The translations under genes and the position numbers were made by a program. From a virus (lineage: Duplodnaviria; Heunggongvirae; Uroviricota; Caudoviricetes), in IMG/VR virus record IMGVR_UViG_2703718826_000001: a stretch of 15,067 bases of DNA; one strand, written 5' to 3'. Of the stretch, positions 6,643 through 14,143 are shown in pieces (positions within the stretch are counted from its first letter, which is position 1; each line of letters begins with the position of its first letter). The notes under the pieces were generated by a model. The model was not told the DNA's origin. It saw nothing but the letters and a program-made list of their open reading frames with translations, and did no database searches.

Positions 6643-9311
6643 CAATACAGACGGTTACGCAGATTTCAGCCGCCGCACGGGGGAAATGGCCCGTTATTCT
6701 GCAGATGCTGCGTATTGATGTACCTGAAAACGGCAGGCACGGTCCCTGCCCGAAATGTGGGGGCAAGGATCGTTTTCGCCTTGATGACCTTGACGGGCGC
6801 GGGACGTGGATCTGCAGCCAGTGTGGCAATGGTGACGGTCTGGATCTGGTTAAGCTCGTAACCGGTTACAGCGTCAGAAAGGCTGCGCAGGAGGTGGCGC
6901 AGGTGCTTAATGTGCCGGATGTGCAGGAACTGCCTGTTAAGCCTGCCAGACAAAAAGCCCCTAAACGCGACATGGGTCTTACCGTGGCGGCGCTGATGAA
7001 AGAGAGCCACACGGGAGAAAGCGCCTATCTGACAGGAAAAGGGTTCGCCGGATACCCGGCCTCTCTGACCGGAAGCGTGCAGCATATCAGCGGTAAGGAT
7101 TTTCCTGCCGGTTCCCTGCTGTTACCACTCACGACCAACACCGGAGCCGTGACCGGTGCACAGCTTATCGCCCCGACGGGTGAAAAAAGCATACTGCCCG
7201 GCAGCACGATGAAAGGCGCGTTTGTGTCGCTCAGCCCGTTACCGTCTGAACCACCGGTACAGGTGGTGATTACCGAAGGTTACGCTACGGCGCTGACGGT
7301 AAGCCAGCTCACTGCCGGATGCGTAGTGGCTGCCATATCTGCGGGCAACCTGCCCAATGTGGCGCAGTCGCTGCGGGCACGCTGGCCTGAGGTAAAAATT
7401 ATCATCGCCGGTGATAACGATTTTCAGGACGGGGGTGAGAATCCCGGCAGAGCCTTTGCTGAACGGGCGGCAAAAGCTGTTGGCGGCTGGATGACGCTGC
7501 CACCAGGAGAGATTAAGGCTGACTGGAATGACTTTCATCGGGAGCACGGTATTACCCGTGCCCGTGAAGCCTTTCGCAACGGTCTGGTACTGTGCGGGGA
7601 AGGCCGCACGCAACTGCCGCACGGGTTCCGTCTTACCCAGGAATATCTCTGGTATGAAAAGCAGGTACAGCGCAACGGTGAGACGGAGATCCAGAACGTC
7701 AAAATATGCAGCCCGCTGCGCGTGACGGCAATCACCTGCGATGCCGATGGCGGTAACTTCGGACGACTGCTGGAATGGGAAGATACGTGGGGTGAGTGTC
7801 GCCGCTGGGCGATGCCGATGGAAATGCTGAGCGGCAGTGGTGAGGAACTGCGCCGGGTACTGCTGGTTAACGGGCTGTCTTATATCAGCACCACCGGTGA
7901 GGCACGCGCACGCCTGATGGAATATATCTCACTGTGTAAACCGGAACGCCGCGTGACCTGCGTCAGTCGTACTGGCTGGCATGGTCAGGTTTACGTCCTG
8001 CAGGATGAGGTCAGCGGTGAAGGTGCAGAGGGTGTCATTCTCCAGACCACTTCCGTGCAGGGGCGTGATTTCCGCGTGTCGGGCACAACAGAGGAATGGC
8101 GGGAGCATGTATCCCGCTACTGTACCGGCAACTCCCGCGTGGCATTTGCTGTCAGCCTGGCCTTTGCTGCACCACTGTTACGGCTGGTTGGTATGGACGG
8201 CGGCGGCTACCACCTCAAAGGGGAATCGACAGACGGTAAGACCACCACCATGAAAGCGGCAACCTCCGTCTGCGGCGGGCCTGACTACTGGCAGACATGG
8301 CGGGCCACCGGCAACGCGCTGGAGGGATGCGCCAGCCGCCGCAACGATGCTGCCATGATGCTTGATGAGATCCGGGAAGTTGACGGACGCGAGGCAGGCA
8401 ATATCGCCTACATGCTGGCAAACGGTCAGGGCAAGGGCCGTGCCGGTACGGACGGTGAGCTGCGTACCCGTAAGCAGTGGCGCCTGTTGTTCTTTTCAAC
8501 TGGCGAGTTGTCTCTGACCGAACATGCGGCAAAGGCCGGTGAGCGTACTTTTGCCGGGATGGAAGTCAGGATGATCCAGATCCCCAGCGATTCCGGGAAG
8601 TTTGGCGTTTTTGAGGAGCTGCACGGCTTCGACAGCGGCAAGGCTCTGGCAGAGCATCTTGAATGGGCCACGTCCTGCTACTACGGTTCGCCGTTCCGGG
8701 AGTGGCTGAAAGCACTGACCGCTGATCTTAACGGACTAACGGCACAGGCAAAATCGCTGATGAAGGAATATGCTGCCGCCCTGACTCCTAAAGATGCAGG
8801 CAATCAGGTGGGCCGGGCTGTGAACCGCTTTGCACTGGTGGCGATGGCAGGTGAACTGGCAACCCGTCTGGGTATCACCGGCTGGCCTGAGGGTGAAGCA
8901 CTGCGGGCAACCCGCGTCTGCCTGAACGCATGGCTGAAAGATCGCGGGCACACCGCCAATCAGGAAGATATCGCCGCACTGGAGCAGGTTCGCAGTTTCT
9001 TTACCGCGAATCAGTACAGCCGCTTTGCAGACTGGTATGACGAGCGCAACCGCCCCGGCAATATGGTGGGCTGGCGCAGGGTGGAGAAAGGCAGTACCGC
9101 GCAGGGCACGGAAGCTGTCACTACGTTCTATGTCATGCCGTCCGGCTGGAAAGAAATCTGCAGGGGATTTGACCCGCGCAAGGTGGCGCGTCTGTGCGTA
9201 GATCGTGGATACCTGCTGCCCTCCACTGATGGCAAACTCCAGACAACCATTCGCCCGCCAGAGATGAATCCCCGCAGGCTCTATGTCTTCAACAGCGAGG
9301 TGCCGGGTTAA
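6639..9311 (+). CDS. P4 alpha-like primase-helicase (zinc-ribbon, Toprim, DUF927/D5-like NTPase)
   Basis: 890 aa; N-terminal CPKCGG...CSQCG zinc ribbon; Toprim-like ITEGYATA and AGDND; Walker A KGESTDGKTT near 8221-8247; GC-rich. Confidence 0.9.
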   Translation: MTIQTVTQISAAARGKWPVILQMLRIDVPENGRHGPCPKCGGKDRFRLDDLDGRGTWICSQCGNGDGLDLVKLVTGYSVRKAAQEVAQVLNVPDVQELPVKPARQKAPKRDMGLTVAALMKESHTGESAYLTGKGFAGYPASLTGSVQHISGKDFPAGSLLLPLTTNTGAVTGAQLIAPTGEKSILPGSTMKGAFVSLSPLPSEPPVQVVITEGYATALTVSQLTAGCVVAAISAGNLPNVAQSLRARWPEVKIIIAGDNDFQDGGENPGRAFAERAAKAVGGWMTLPPGEIKADWNDFHREHGITRAREAFRNGLVLCGEGRTQLPHGFRLTQEYLWYEKQVQRNGETEIQNVKICSPLRVTAITCDADGGNFGRLLEWEDTWGECRRWAMPMEMLSGSGEELRRVLLVNGLSYISTTGEARARLMEYISLCKPERRVTCVSRTGWHGQVYVLQDEVSGEGAEGVILQTTSVQGRDFRVSGTTEEWREHVSRYCTGNSRVAFAVSLAFAAPLLRLVGMDGGGYHLKGESTDGKTTTMKAATSVCGGPDYWQTWRATGNALEGCASRRNDAAMMLDEIREVDGREAGNIAYMLANGQGKGRAGTDGELRTRKQWRLLFFSTGELSLTEHAAKAGERTFAGMEVRMIQIPSDSGKFGVFEELHGFDSGKALAEHLEWATSCYYGSPFREWLKALTADLNGLTAQAKSLMKEYAAALTPKDAGNQVGRAVNRFALVAMAGELATRLGITGWPEGEALRATRVCLNAWLKDRGHTANQEDIAALEQVRSFFTANQYSRFADWYDERNRPGNMVGWRRVEKGSTAQGTEAVTTFYVMPSGWKEICRGFDPRKVARLCVDRGYLLPSTDGKLQTTIRPPEMNPRRLYVFNSEVPG

Positions 9312-9345
9312 GGCTTTGCGTGAGTCTTATTTATTAAGGGTAACA

Positions 9346-9533
9346 GGTGAAACAGGTGGAACAACCGTATTTTACAGGGCTGAACCTGATCCACCTTCTG
9401 AAATAGTGAGGTGGAACAGATGTAACGCCAGCCAATCCGCTGTTCCACCTTGTTACCCGCGATGTTCCACCGGTGCAGTGTATATAAATGCCTTATAAAA
9501 CAAAGCAGTAACACATGTTTCACCTGTTCCACC
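9346..9533. repeat. iteron cluster (putative replication origin / crr-like region)
   Basis: Seven copies of the 9-mer GGTG(G/A)AACA: plus orientation at 9346-9354, 9355-9363, 9410-9418; reverse complement at 9441-9449, 9463-9471, 9516-9524, 9525-9533; an AT-rich stretch at 9481-9500 lies between them; immediately 3' of the primase-helicase gene. Confidence 0.6.
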
Positions 9534-9621
9534 GCATCAGGGACATAAAGCAGACTGAAACAGAGGGTATTTTTATCTGGCTGGCTTTCATAGCCACGTC
9601 TGAATAACCGCAAGCGCCCGT

Positions 9622-9639
9622 TGTGCCAGCCACCACACA
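9622..9639 (+). promoter_or_regulatory. putative Ogr/Delta-type activator site (TGT-N12-ACA) of a late promoter
   Basis: TGT 9622-9624, 12-nt spacer, ACA 9637-9639, about 75-90 bp upstream of the Sid-like ATG (9712); AGGAG Shine-Dalgarno at 9702-9706. Confidence 0.25.
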
Positions 9640-9711
9640 CTGAGCACCGATAGTGTGCTTGTGTCAGCCACGACACAATTGACGTAACGAACCAACCCGA
9701 CAGGAGAAGTC

Positions 9712-10455
9712 ATGAACAACACCGCAGTGAATAACAACCTTTCCACTTTTCCGGCTGTAACGCAGCGGGCACTGGAAACCATGAACACAGCCAGAAACGC
9801 ATGGCTTGAAGCACGTCGTCAGCAGAAAGCGGCAGCGGATAATATTGCGACAATCCGCCAGCGTCGCGCTGAAATGGAAGCCACGACGAACACACTGAAT
9901 GAGGAGTGGCGCACGCTGTTTCGTGAAAGTCAGGGCGTGGTCTCAAAGGAAATGAAAAAACTGCGCACGGAAATTGCGCTGGGACGAGAAACGCTTGAGG
10001 ATTTTGATGAGCTGCTGGCGGCTCAGGAAAGCGAAAATGCACTTTTGCCGCAGAAAGCTGCGGAATTAGCCGGAAAGTATATCCACGCGCATAACATTCT
10101 TGTGGATATTCGCGCAAAACAAATCTGGGAAGATTTTATGCAGTCGCATGGAAAAGCGCTTATTCAGACGCTGAGCCTGCTTAAATCCACAATGGGCCGG
10201 GAAGCCAGTGCCGTTGTGGGTGTGGTGAATTCAGTTAATGACCCGGACACAGTGCTGAAAGACTTTATTCATAAACATATCACCAGACCGGCTCTGGCTA
10301 ACGATGCGATGCCTGAACAGGACCCGGTGTTTAAACTGGCGGGAGTTGCCCCGGATTATGCGGCGCGTCTGGATTTCAGTAATCAACTCTCTCCGGCAGC
10401 TATGCATAAAATAAAGGTTCGTCAGGAACTTGCTGAGAAGGAGAAAGCAGTATGA
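9712..10455 (+). CDS. Sid-like putative capsid size-determination (external scaffold) protein
   Basis: 247 aa, Ala/Glu/Lys/Leu-rich and presumably helical; size and position (first gene of the late operon, before the Psu-like gene) match P4 Sid; N-terminus resembles the Psu N-terminus as I recall it. Confidence 0.55.
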   Translation: MNNTAVNNNLSTFPAVTQRALETMNTARNAWLEARRQQKAAADNIATIRQRRAEMEATTNTLNEEWRTLFRESQGVVSKEMKKLRTEIALGRETLEDFDELLAAQESENALLPQKAAELAGKYIHAHNILVDIRAKQIWEDFMQSHGKALIQTLSLLKSTMGREASAVVGVVNSVNDPDTVLKDFIHKHITRPALANDAMPEQDPVFKLAGVAPDYAARLDFSNQLSPAAMHKIKVRQELAEKEKAV

Positions 10456-11003
10456 CGGCCCGAGGCACACCTGACCAGGCACTTACCAGTTTTCGGAATG
10501 CCCGTATTCTGTGGGCCGGACATAGTGAGAGCCGAAAAGCCGTTGAACAACAGATAACATCTCTCCTCGCTGCCACAGAAAAACCAGCAGATTATGCCCG
10601 ACAGCTCGAATTACTGCGGGAACGTCTGGATGTGCTGAAATGGCAAATTAACTGTGCTGCTCGGGAATGCATTTACTCGCAGCATTTATTGATGGAGGCC
10701 TGCACAGAAGCTGCTCTCAGCAATTTTATGCAGGCGAATGGGGCAGCCCTGACATCTGCACTGGCTCCGTTCCTGAAGGGGCGCGGAGGGGTTGACGTTG
10801 CGTCCCGTATATTACGCAGTGCTCTGGTTCGCCAGCTGGCAATAACACCGCCTGAAATTGCCGGGGATTATCGTGAGATCCTGGATGAATCCGGTTTGAT
10901 GCCAGACCCCGGGATGATTCGTGATTGCCAGGGCTCTTACACCCCGGCACAACATCTGCGTTTTCAGCAACGCCTGAATGACATTAACGATATACAGGAG
11001 TGA
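10452..11003 (+). CDS. psu: Psu-like polarity suppression / capsid decoration protein
   Basis: 183 aa; motifs KWQIN, FMQANGAALTSALAP and YTPAQ match my recollection of P4 Psu; AAGGAG upstream; start overlaps the previous stop (ATGA). Confidence 0.65.
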   Translation: MTARGTPDQALTSFRNARILWAGHSESRKAVEQQITSLLAATEKPADYARQLELLRERLDVLKWQINCAARECIYSQHLLMEACTEAALSNFMQANGAALTSALAPFLKGRGGVDVASRILRSALVRQLAITPPEIAGDYREILDESGLMPDPGMIRDCQGSYTPAQHLRFQQRLNDINDIQE

Positions 11004-11008
11004 TATTA

Positions 11009-11281
11009 ATGGCACTTAAATGTCCGGAATGCGGTACAGTTGCACACGCCAGAACAGCAGCCTATGAAGCTCCGTCAGTTAAACGCTCGTGGTATCAGTG
11101 CCAGAATCTGGAATGTTCCTGCACATTTACGGCACTGGAGAGTGTGGATAAGATAATCATGAAACCCCGGCGCAATGAACAGGAACCAGACAAATCACAA
11201 ACCCCGGTAAAACAACAGCAAACGCTCAATCGCTATGGCTCCGCGTCAAAACTGTCAAGCCGTCAGCAGATTCCTGTCTAA
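11009..11281 (+). CDS. Ogr/Delta-family zinc-finger late transcription activator
   Basis: CPECG...AHARTAAY...YQCQNLECSCTF...ESV closely resembles P2 Ogr (CPLC...AHARTSRY...YHQCQNVNCSATF...ESV); AGGAG 8 nt upstream of the ATG at 11009. Confidence 0.85.
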   Translation: MALKCPECGTVAHARTAAYEAPSVKRSWYQCQNLECSCTFTALESVDKIIMKPRRNEQEPDKSQTPVKQQQTLNRYGSASKLSSRQQIPV

Positions 11282-11304
11282 TTAGAAAAAAACGCCCACG
11301 TAAT

Positions 11305-11327
11305 CCCGGTCGAGTACCGGGATTTTT
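11305..11327 (+). terminator. rho-independent terminator after the late operon
   Basis: Stem CCCGGT 11305-11310 pairing with ACCGGG 11316-11321, loop CGAGT, followed by ATTTTT 11322-11327. Confidence 0.6.
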
Positions 11328-11766
11328 AACACCTTTTCCCTGGCTGGCCTGAGAGCGCATGAGTGCATGTCTATAGCGCATGAAAACGCATGAACCTTAT
11401 GCACCATTTTTGACGAGAAAGCCCTTGTGTGGTGGCTTCTGAGACGATTTATGAGGTGCATGAAAACCAGTCTGTTAAGCGAAGCGGGCAGGCGTGCGGG
11501 GCTGTTCGCATCAACATAAAAATAACGGGCTGATATAGTTATAAAATCAAATGAACTCTTTTAGTACGACATGGGTATGTGCGCCAGTAGCAACGTCAGC
11601 CCCCAAGCTTTCTATTGTTCTTTTCTGTTGTACCATCAATACGTACCGATTAGCTCCTAAGCATCAATATCAGTTTGAACGTATTGCTTTGAACTAATTT
11701 TTAGATGATTTTTTTCATTAAAAAATTATAATGTTGTAGATAAAAAGAGAATCTTATAGAGGCGTT

Positions 11767-12615
11767 ATGTCAAATAAAGTTGATGTTTTTTTGAGCCGAG
11801 TTAGCCATGTATCACAGTTTGTATTGGTGGCATTTGCTATTTTTGGATATTTTTATACAGTAAGACCAATTTACCAAAAGGAACTTTTATCAGAAGACAT
11901 TGCAAAAAAAGAAGTTGAATTAAATAAATTAAAAACTGCAATGGAAAACTCCCAAAAATTTATAGAGAATAATAAAATCTTACGAAAAGAATTGGAGGGA
12001 AGCATTGCCAAACTTGATTTACAATACAAAGAATCAGAAGAAAAATTAAATTCAATAAATTCTGAACTAAGAAAAACTTTAAATGAACTAAATAAACAAA
12101 AGACCATTGCCAAAAGAGCGGTCAATGCAAACAACAAGAATCTTGAATCTGTTTTCTGGGAGAATTTTTCGGGGCTAGTTGGAGTAGTTTATATTTCTAA
12201 GAGCACAGATTTTGTGAACAATACACTGGGTGACGCCAAAACAGCCTATAATACTCCTAGTAATTTATATATATCTCCTTATGATGCAATTAATGAAGCA
12301 TTAAAAAATGGCAATCATAACTTTATCTCAAGTTCAGAAAATGTCCCTGAAAATATCCGCAACAAAATTCTAGCAAAGATCCGTCGCGCTATTGAAAAAA
12401 ATAAGATTTCATTAACAAAAAAACCTATCGGTTTTGATGAAAAAATTAATAGTCTGATAAAAACTATAGAGTCAACTAAGTTACGCAAAAATGAAAACGA
12501 AATAATGAAAAATAACACTGCAGAAAGAGAACTATCATCTTATATTTTCCTGATAAATGGTCAATCAAGAATCCGCGCCATGGATTTCTTAAAAGACATT
12601 CAACATTTAGACTAA
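11767..12615 (+). CDS. hypothetical membrane-anchored coiled-coil protein (cargo gene A, candidate defence component)
   Basis: 282 aa; AGAGG 4 nt upstream of ATG; one N-terminal hydrophobic helix (VSQFVLVAFAIFGYFYTV) then a Lys/Glu/Asn-rich heptad-like region; strongly AT-rich; no known domain recognised. Confidence 0.75.
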   Translation: MSNKVDVFLSRVSHVSQFVLVAFAIFGYFYTVRPIYQKELLSEDIAKKEVELNKLKTAMENSQKFIENNKILRKELEGSIAKLDLQYKESEEKLNSINSELRKTLNELNKQKTIAKRAVNANNKNLESVFWENFSGLVGVVYISKSTDFVNNTLGDAKTAYNTPSNLYISPYDAINEALKNGNHNFISSSENVPENIRNKILAKIRRAIEKNKISLTKKPIGFDEKINSLIKTIESTKLRKNENEIMKNNTAERELSSYIFLINGQSRIRAMDFLKDIQHLD

Positions 12616-12631
12616 TATTGGATATCTTATA

Positions 12632-13336
12632 ATGAATACTAATACTAAATTTGATTTATGGTTGATTAGAGTAAGTTACATTGCCCAAGTTGGATTGTTT
12701 TTTTTGACAACCTTTACAATATTTTACACAGTAATTCCGATATACCAAAATGCAAATCTGCAGGAATCAATAGCAAAAAAAGAAATCGAATATAAACAAT
12801 TACAAGACAAAGAAAAAACTCTATATTTAAAGTTAAGAAAGGAATATTCAAGAAAATATGTTGTTGATGCAATCTCCCAATGTTCTCCAACAGAAATACT
12901 TATGCGTCAACCATCTGAAGATGACAGTAAAAAATCACATGATGTAAGAATGAAGGAATTAAAAACATTTTTAAACAAAGATATAACCAGTTGCTTTGAA
13001 AAAACTTTTTATAGCAACCCTTACATTAAGGAATTAAGAGACACTGATCAACAAAATATTCTTGTTAAAATTAAAAATTTATCCCCCTCTATAACTAAAC
13101 TACATGAAAAATATAAAGCAGAATTTGATGACGATAGCAAGTTATTGAATACTGGAAAAGAAAAATCGACAAGATTAAAAGAGGTGGAAGATTATTTAAT
13201 AGGAATAGGAGGTTACACAGAAAACAGCAAAAAGGATTTTGAAAACTCATACATAGAATCTGGAGCATATGACTTGGTTGTAAGGTATGGTTTTGAAGTC
13301 AACGATCTATTTTCCAAAACCATCAGAGACAATTAA
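12632..13336 (+). CDS. hypothetical membrane-anchored protein, N-terminal paralogue of gene A (cargo gene B)
   Basis: 234 aa; begins 16 bp after gene A; N-terminal helix (IAQVGLFFLTTFTIFYTV) and the FYTV-PIYQ ... IAKKE motif shared with gene A; divergent C-terminus. Confidence 0.75.
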   Translation: MNTNTKFDLWLIRVSYIAQVGLFFLTTFTIFYTVIPIYQNANLQESIAKKEIEYKQLQDKEKTLYLKLRKEYSRKYVVDAISQCSPTEILMRQPSEDDSKKSHDVRMKELKTFLNKDITSCFEKTFYSNPYIKELRDTDQQNILVKIKNLSPSITKLHEKYKAEFDDDSKLLNTGKEKSTRLKEVEDYLIGIGGYTENSKKDFENSYIESGAYDLVVRYGFEVNDLFSKTIRDN

Positions 13337-13347
13337 TTAGGTGAACA

Positions 13348-13377
13348 ACCTCCTCTATTTTAATTAATAGAGGAGGT
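13348..13377 (+). terminator. perfect 12-bp stem-loop 3' of cargo gene B (putative terminator or RNA-stabilising hairpin)
   Basis: ACCTCCTCTATT 13348-13359, loop TTAATT, AATAGAGGAGGT 13366-13377; begins 12 nt after the stop; no clean U-tract follows. Confidence 0.45.
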
Positions 13378-13872
13378 GCTTAAATTATAAAAACATTTCA
13401 GGTTTGATTTAGATAACACGCAAATAAAAAACAAACTAATGAAATATATAAATTAATTCTTAGGTATAAAATGTTACAATTAGAATATATTTAATTTTTA
13501 ACTTTAAATCATGATAAATCTAAAAGTAAGCACCCAAAAAACCTTCAAAACACAATACGTCGTGTCTCAACCCCATGGTATTTAGGGTTAAACCAAGTTA
13601 TAGCGCTGACTGGTGAGCGGTTTGAAGTCATTCTGGTATACATAAAATGAAAAAATACATTGGGAGATATACCCCTGACTTACAGAGCTGGTAACGGTTA
13701 CCAAGTCGCATTGTGTAATGCGTGGGGTGTAAAATTTTTTGGGTATTTTTTATCCAGTAGCAGGTTAGCCTGCCCCCCCTGCTCCTAACGTTCTTTCATT
13801 CCTCTTTTCATCATTTTTAGAACGATATAAACAGATGGATCTCTATGGTTTTAATGAGTCGATTTTATCGTC

Positions 13873-13893
13873 TGATGGTATCCATGATGGTAC
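13873..13893 (+). promoter_or_regulatory. putative integrase arm-type sites at the attR end
   Basis: TGATGGTAT 13873-13881 and TGATGGTAC 13885-13893, same motif and 12-bp spacing as at 2481-2502. Confidence 0.45.
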
Positions 13894-13945
13894 CTAAGAG
13901 AGAAAATAAAAAATAATACTTAAAAAACATGAAATTATAAATACT

Positions 13946-13966
13946 TTCGATTCCTGCAGGGGACAC
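13946..13966 (+). repeat. attR core: 21-bp direct repeat (partial tRNA 3' end); probably also the attL of the next island
   Basis: Identical to 2347-2367; here followed by CA (13967-13968), i.e. the canonical tRNA CCA end. Confidence 0.8.
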
Positions 13967-14143
13967 CATGCACACCTCTCCTGAAATCTACCATACCCCA
14001 CAAAAAGCCTTTATAATCAGCACATACCCTTACTTATGTTACTCAAATAGTCGCCTTAATTCTCCTCAGGGGAACGTAAATCAAGTCACATTTGGGGGCC
14101 TATTTAGGGGCACATCTTGGTCAATCTATTGCGAGGCCCCCAG

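Larger units (their letters stand above)
2347..13966 (+). mobile_element. P4-like satellite prophage / phage-inducible chromosomal island integrated at argW
   Basis: Bounded by the 21-bp direct repeats; integrase next to the tRNA; AlpA, alpha-type primase-helicase, Sid-like, Psu-like and Ogr/Delta-like genes in one orientation; no capsid, tail or lysis genes; size about 11.6 kb, similar to P4. Confidence 0.8.

Noticed and set aside
6369-8951. Several antisense or alternative-frame ORFs inside the primase-helicase gene (for example 6443-6829, 7239-7622, 8215-8532)
   Set aside because: Typical shadow ORFs of a GC-rich gene, Arg/Pro/Ser-rich, entirely overlapped by a protein with clear Zn-ribbon, Toprim and Walker A motifs.
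9346-9533. Possible CRISPR array suggested by the repeated 9-mers
   Set aside because: Repeats are only 9 bp, in mixed orientation, with irregular spacing and no regular spacers; they behave as iterons.
9283-10117. ORFs 9283-9498 (plus), 9308-9676 (minus), 9588-9788 (minus) and 9710-10117 (minus) across the iteron region and Sid-like gene
   Set aside because: They run through the iteron array and promoter or antisense to the Sid-like gene, with no ribosome-binding sites; the region is better explained as origin plus late promoter.
10231-11015. Minus-strand ORFs (10231-10482, 10726-10950, 10812-11015) antisense to the Sid-like and Psu-like genes
   Set aside because: Shadow ORFs; the plus-strand genes have Shine-Dalgarno sequences, coupled starts and family motifs.
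11871-12518. Minus-strand ORFs 11871-12137 and 12315-12518 inside cargo gene A
   Set aside because: Low-complexity Phe/Leu/Ser-rich antisense translations expected from AT-rich DNA; the plus-strand frame has a Shine-Dalgarno sequence and a coherent protein.
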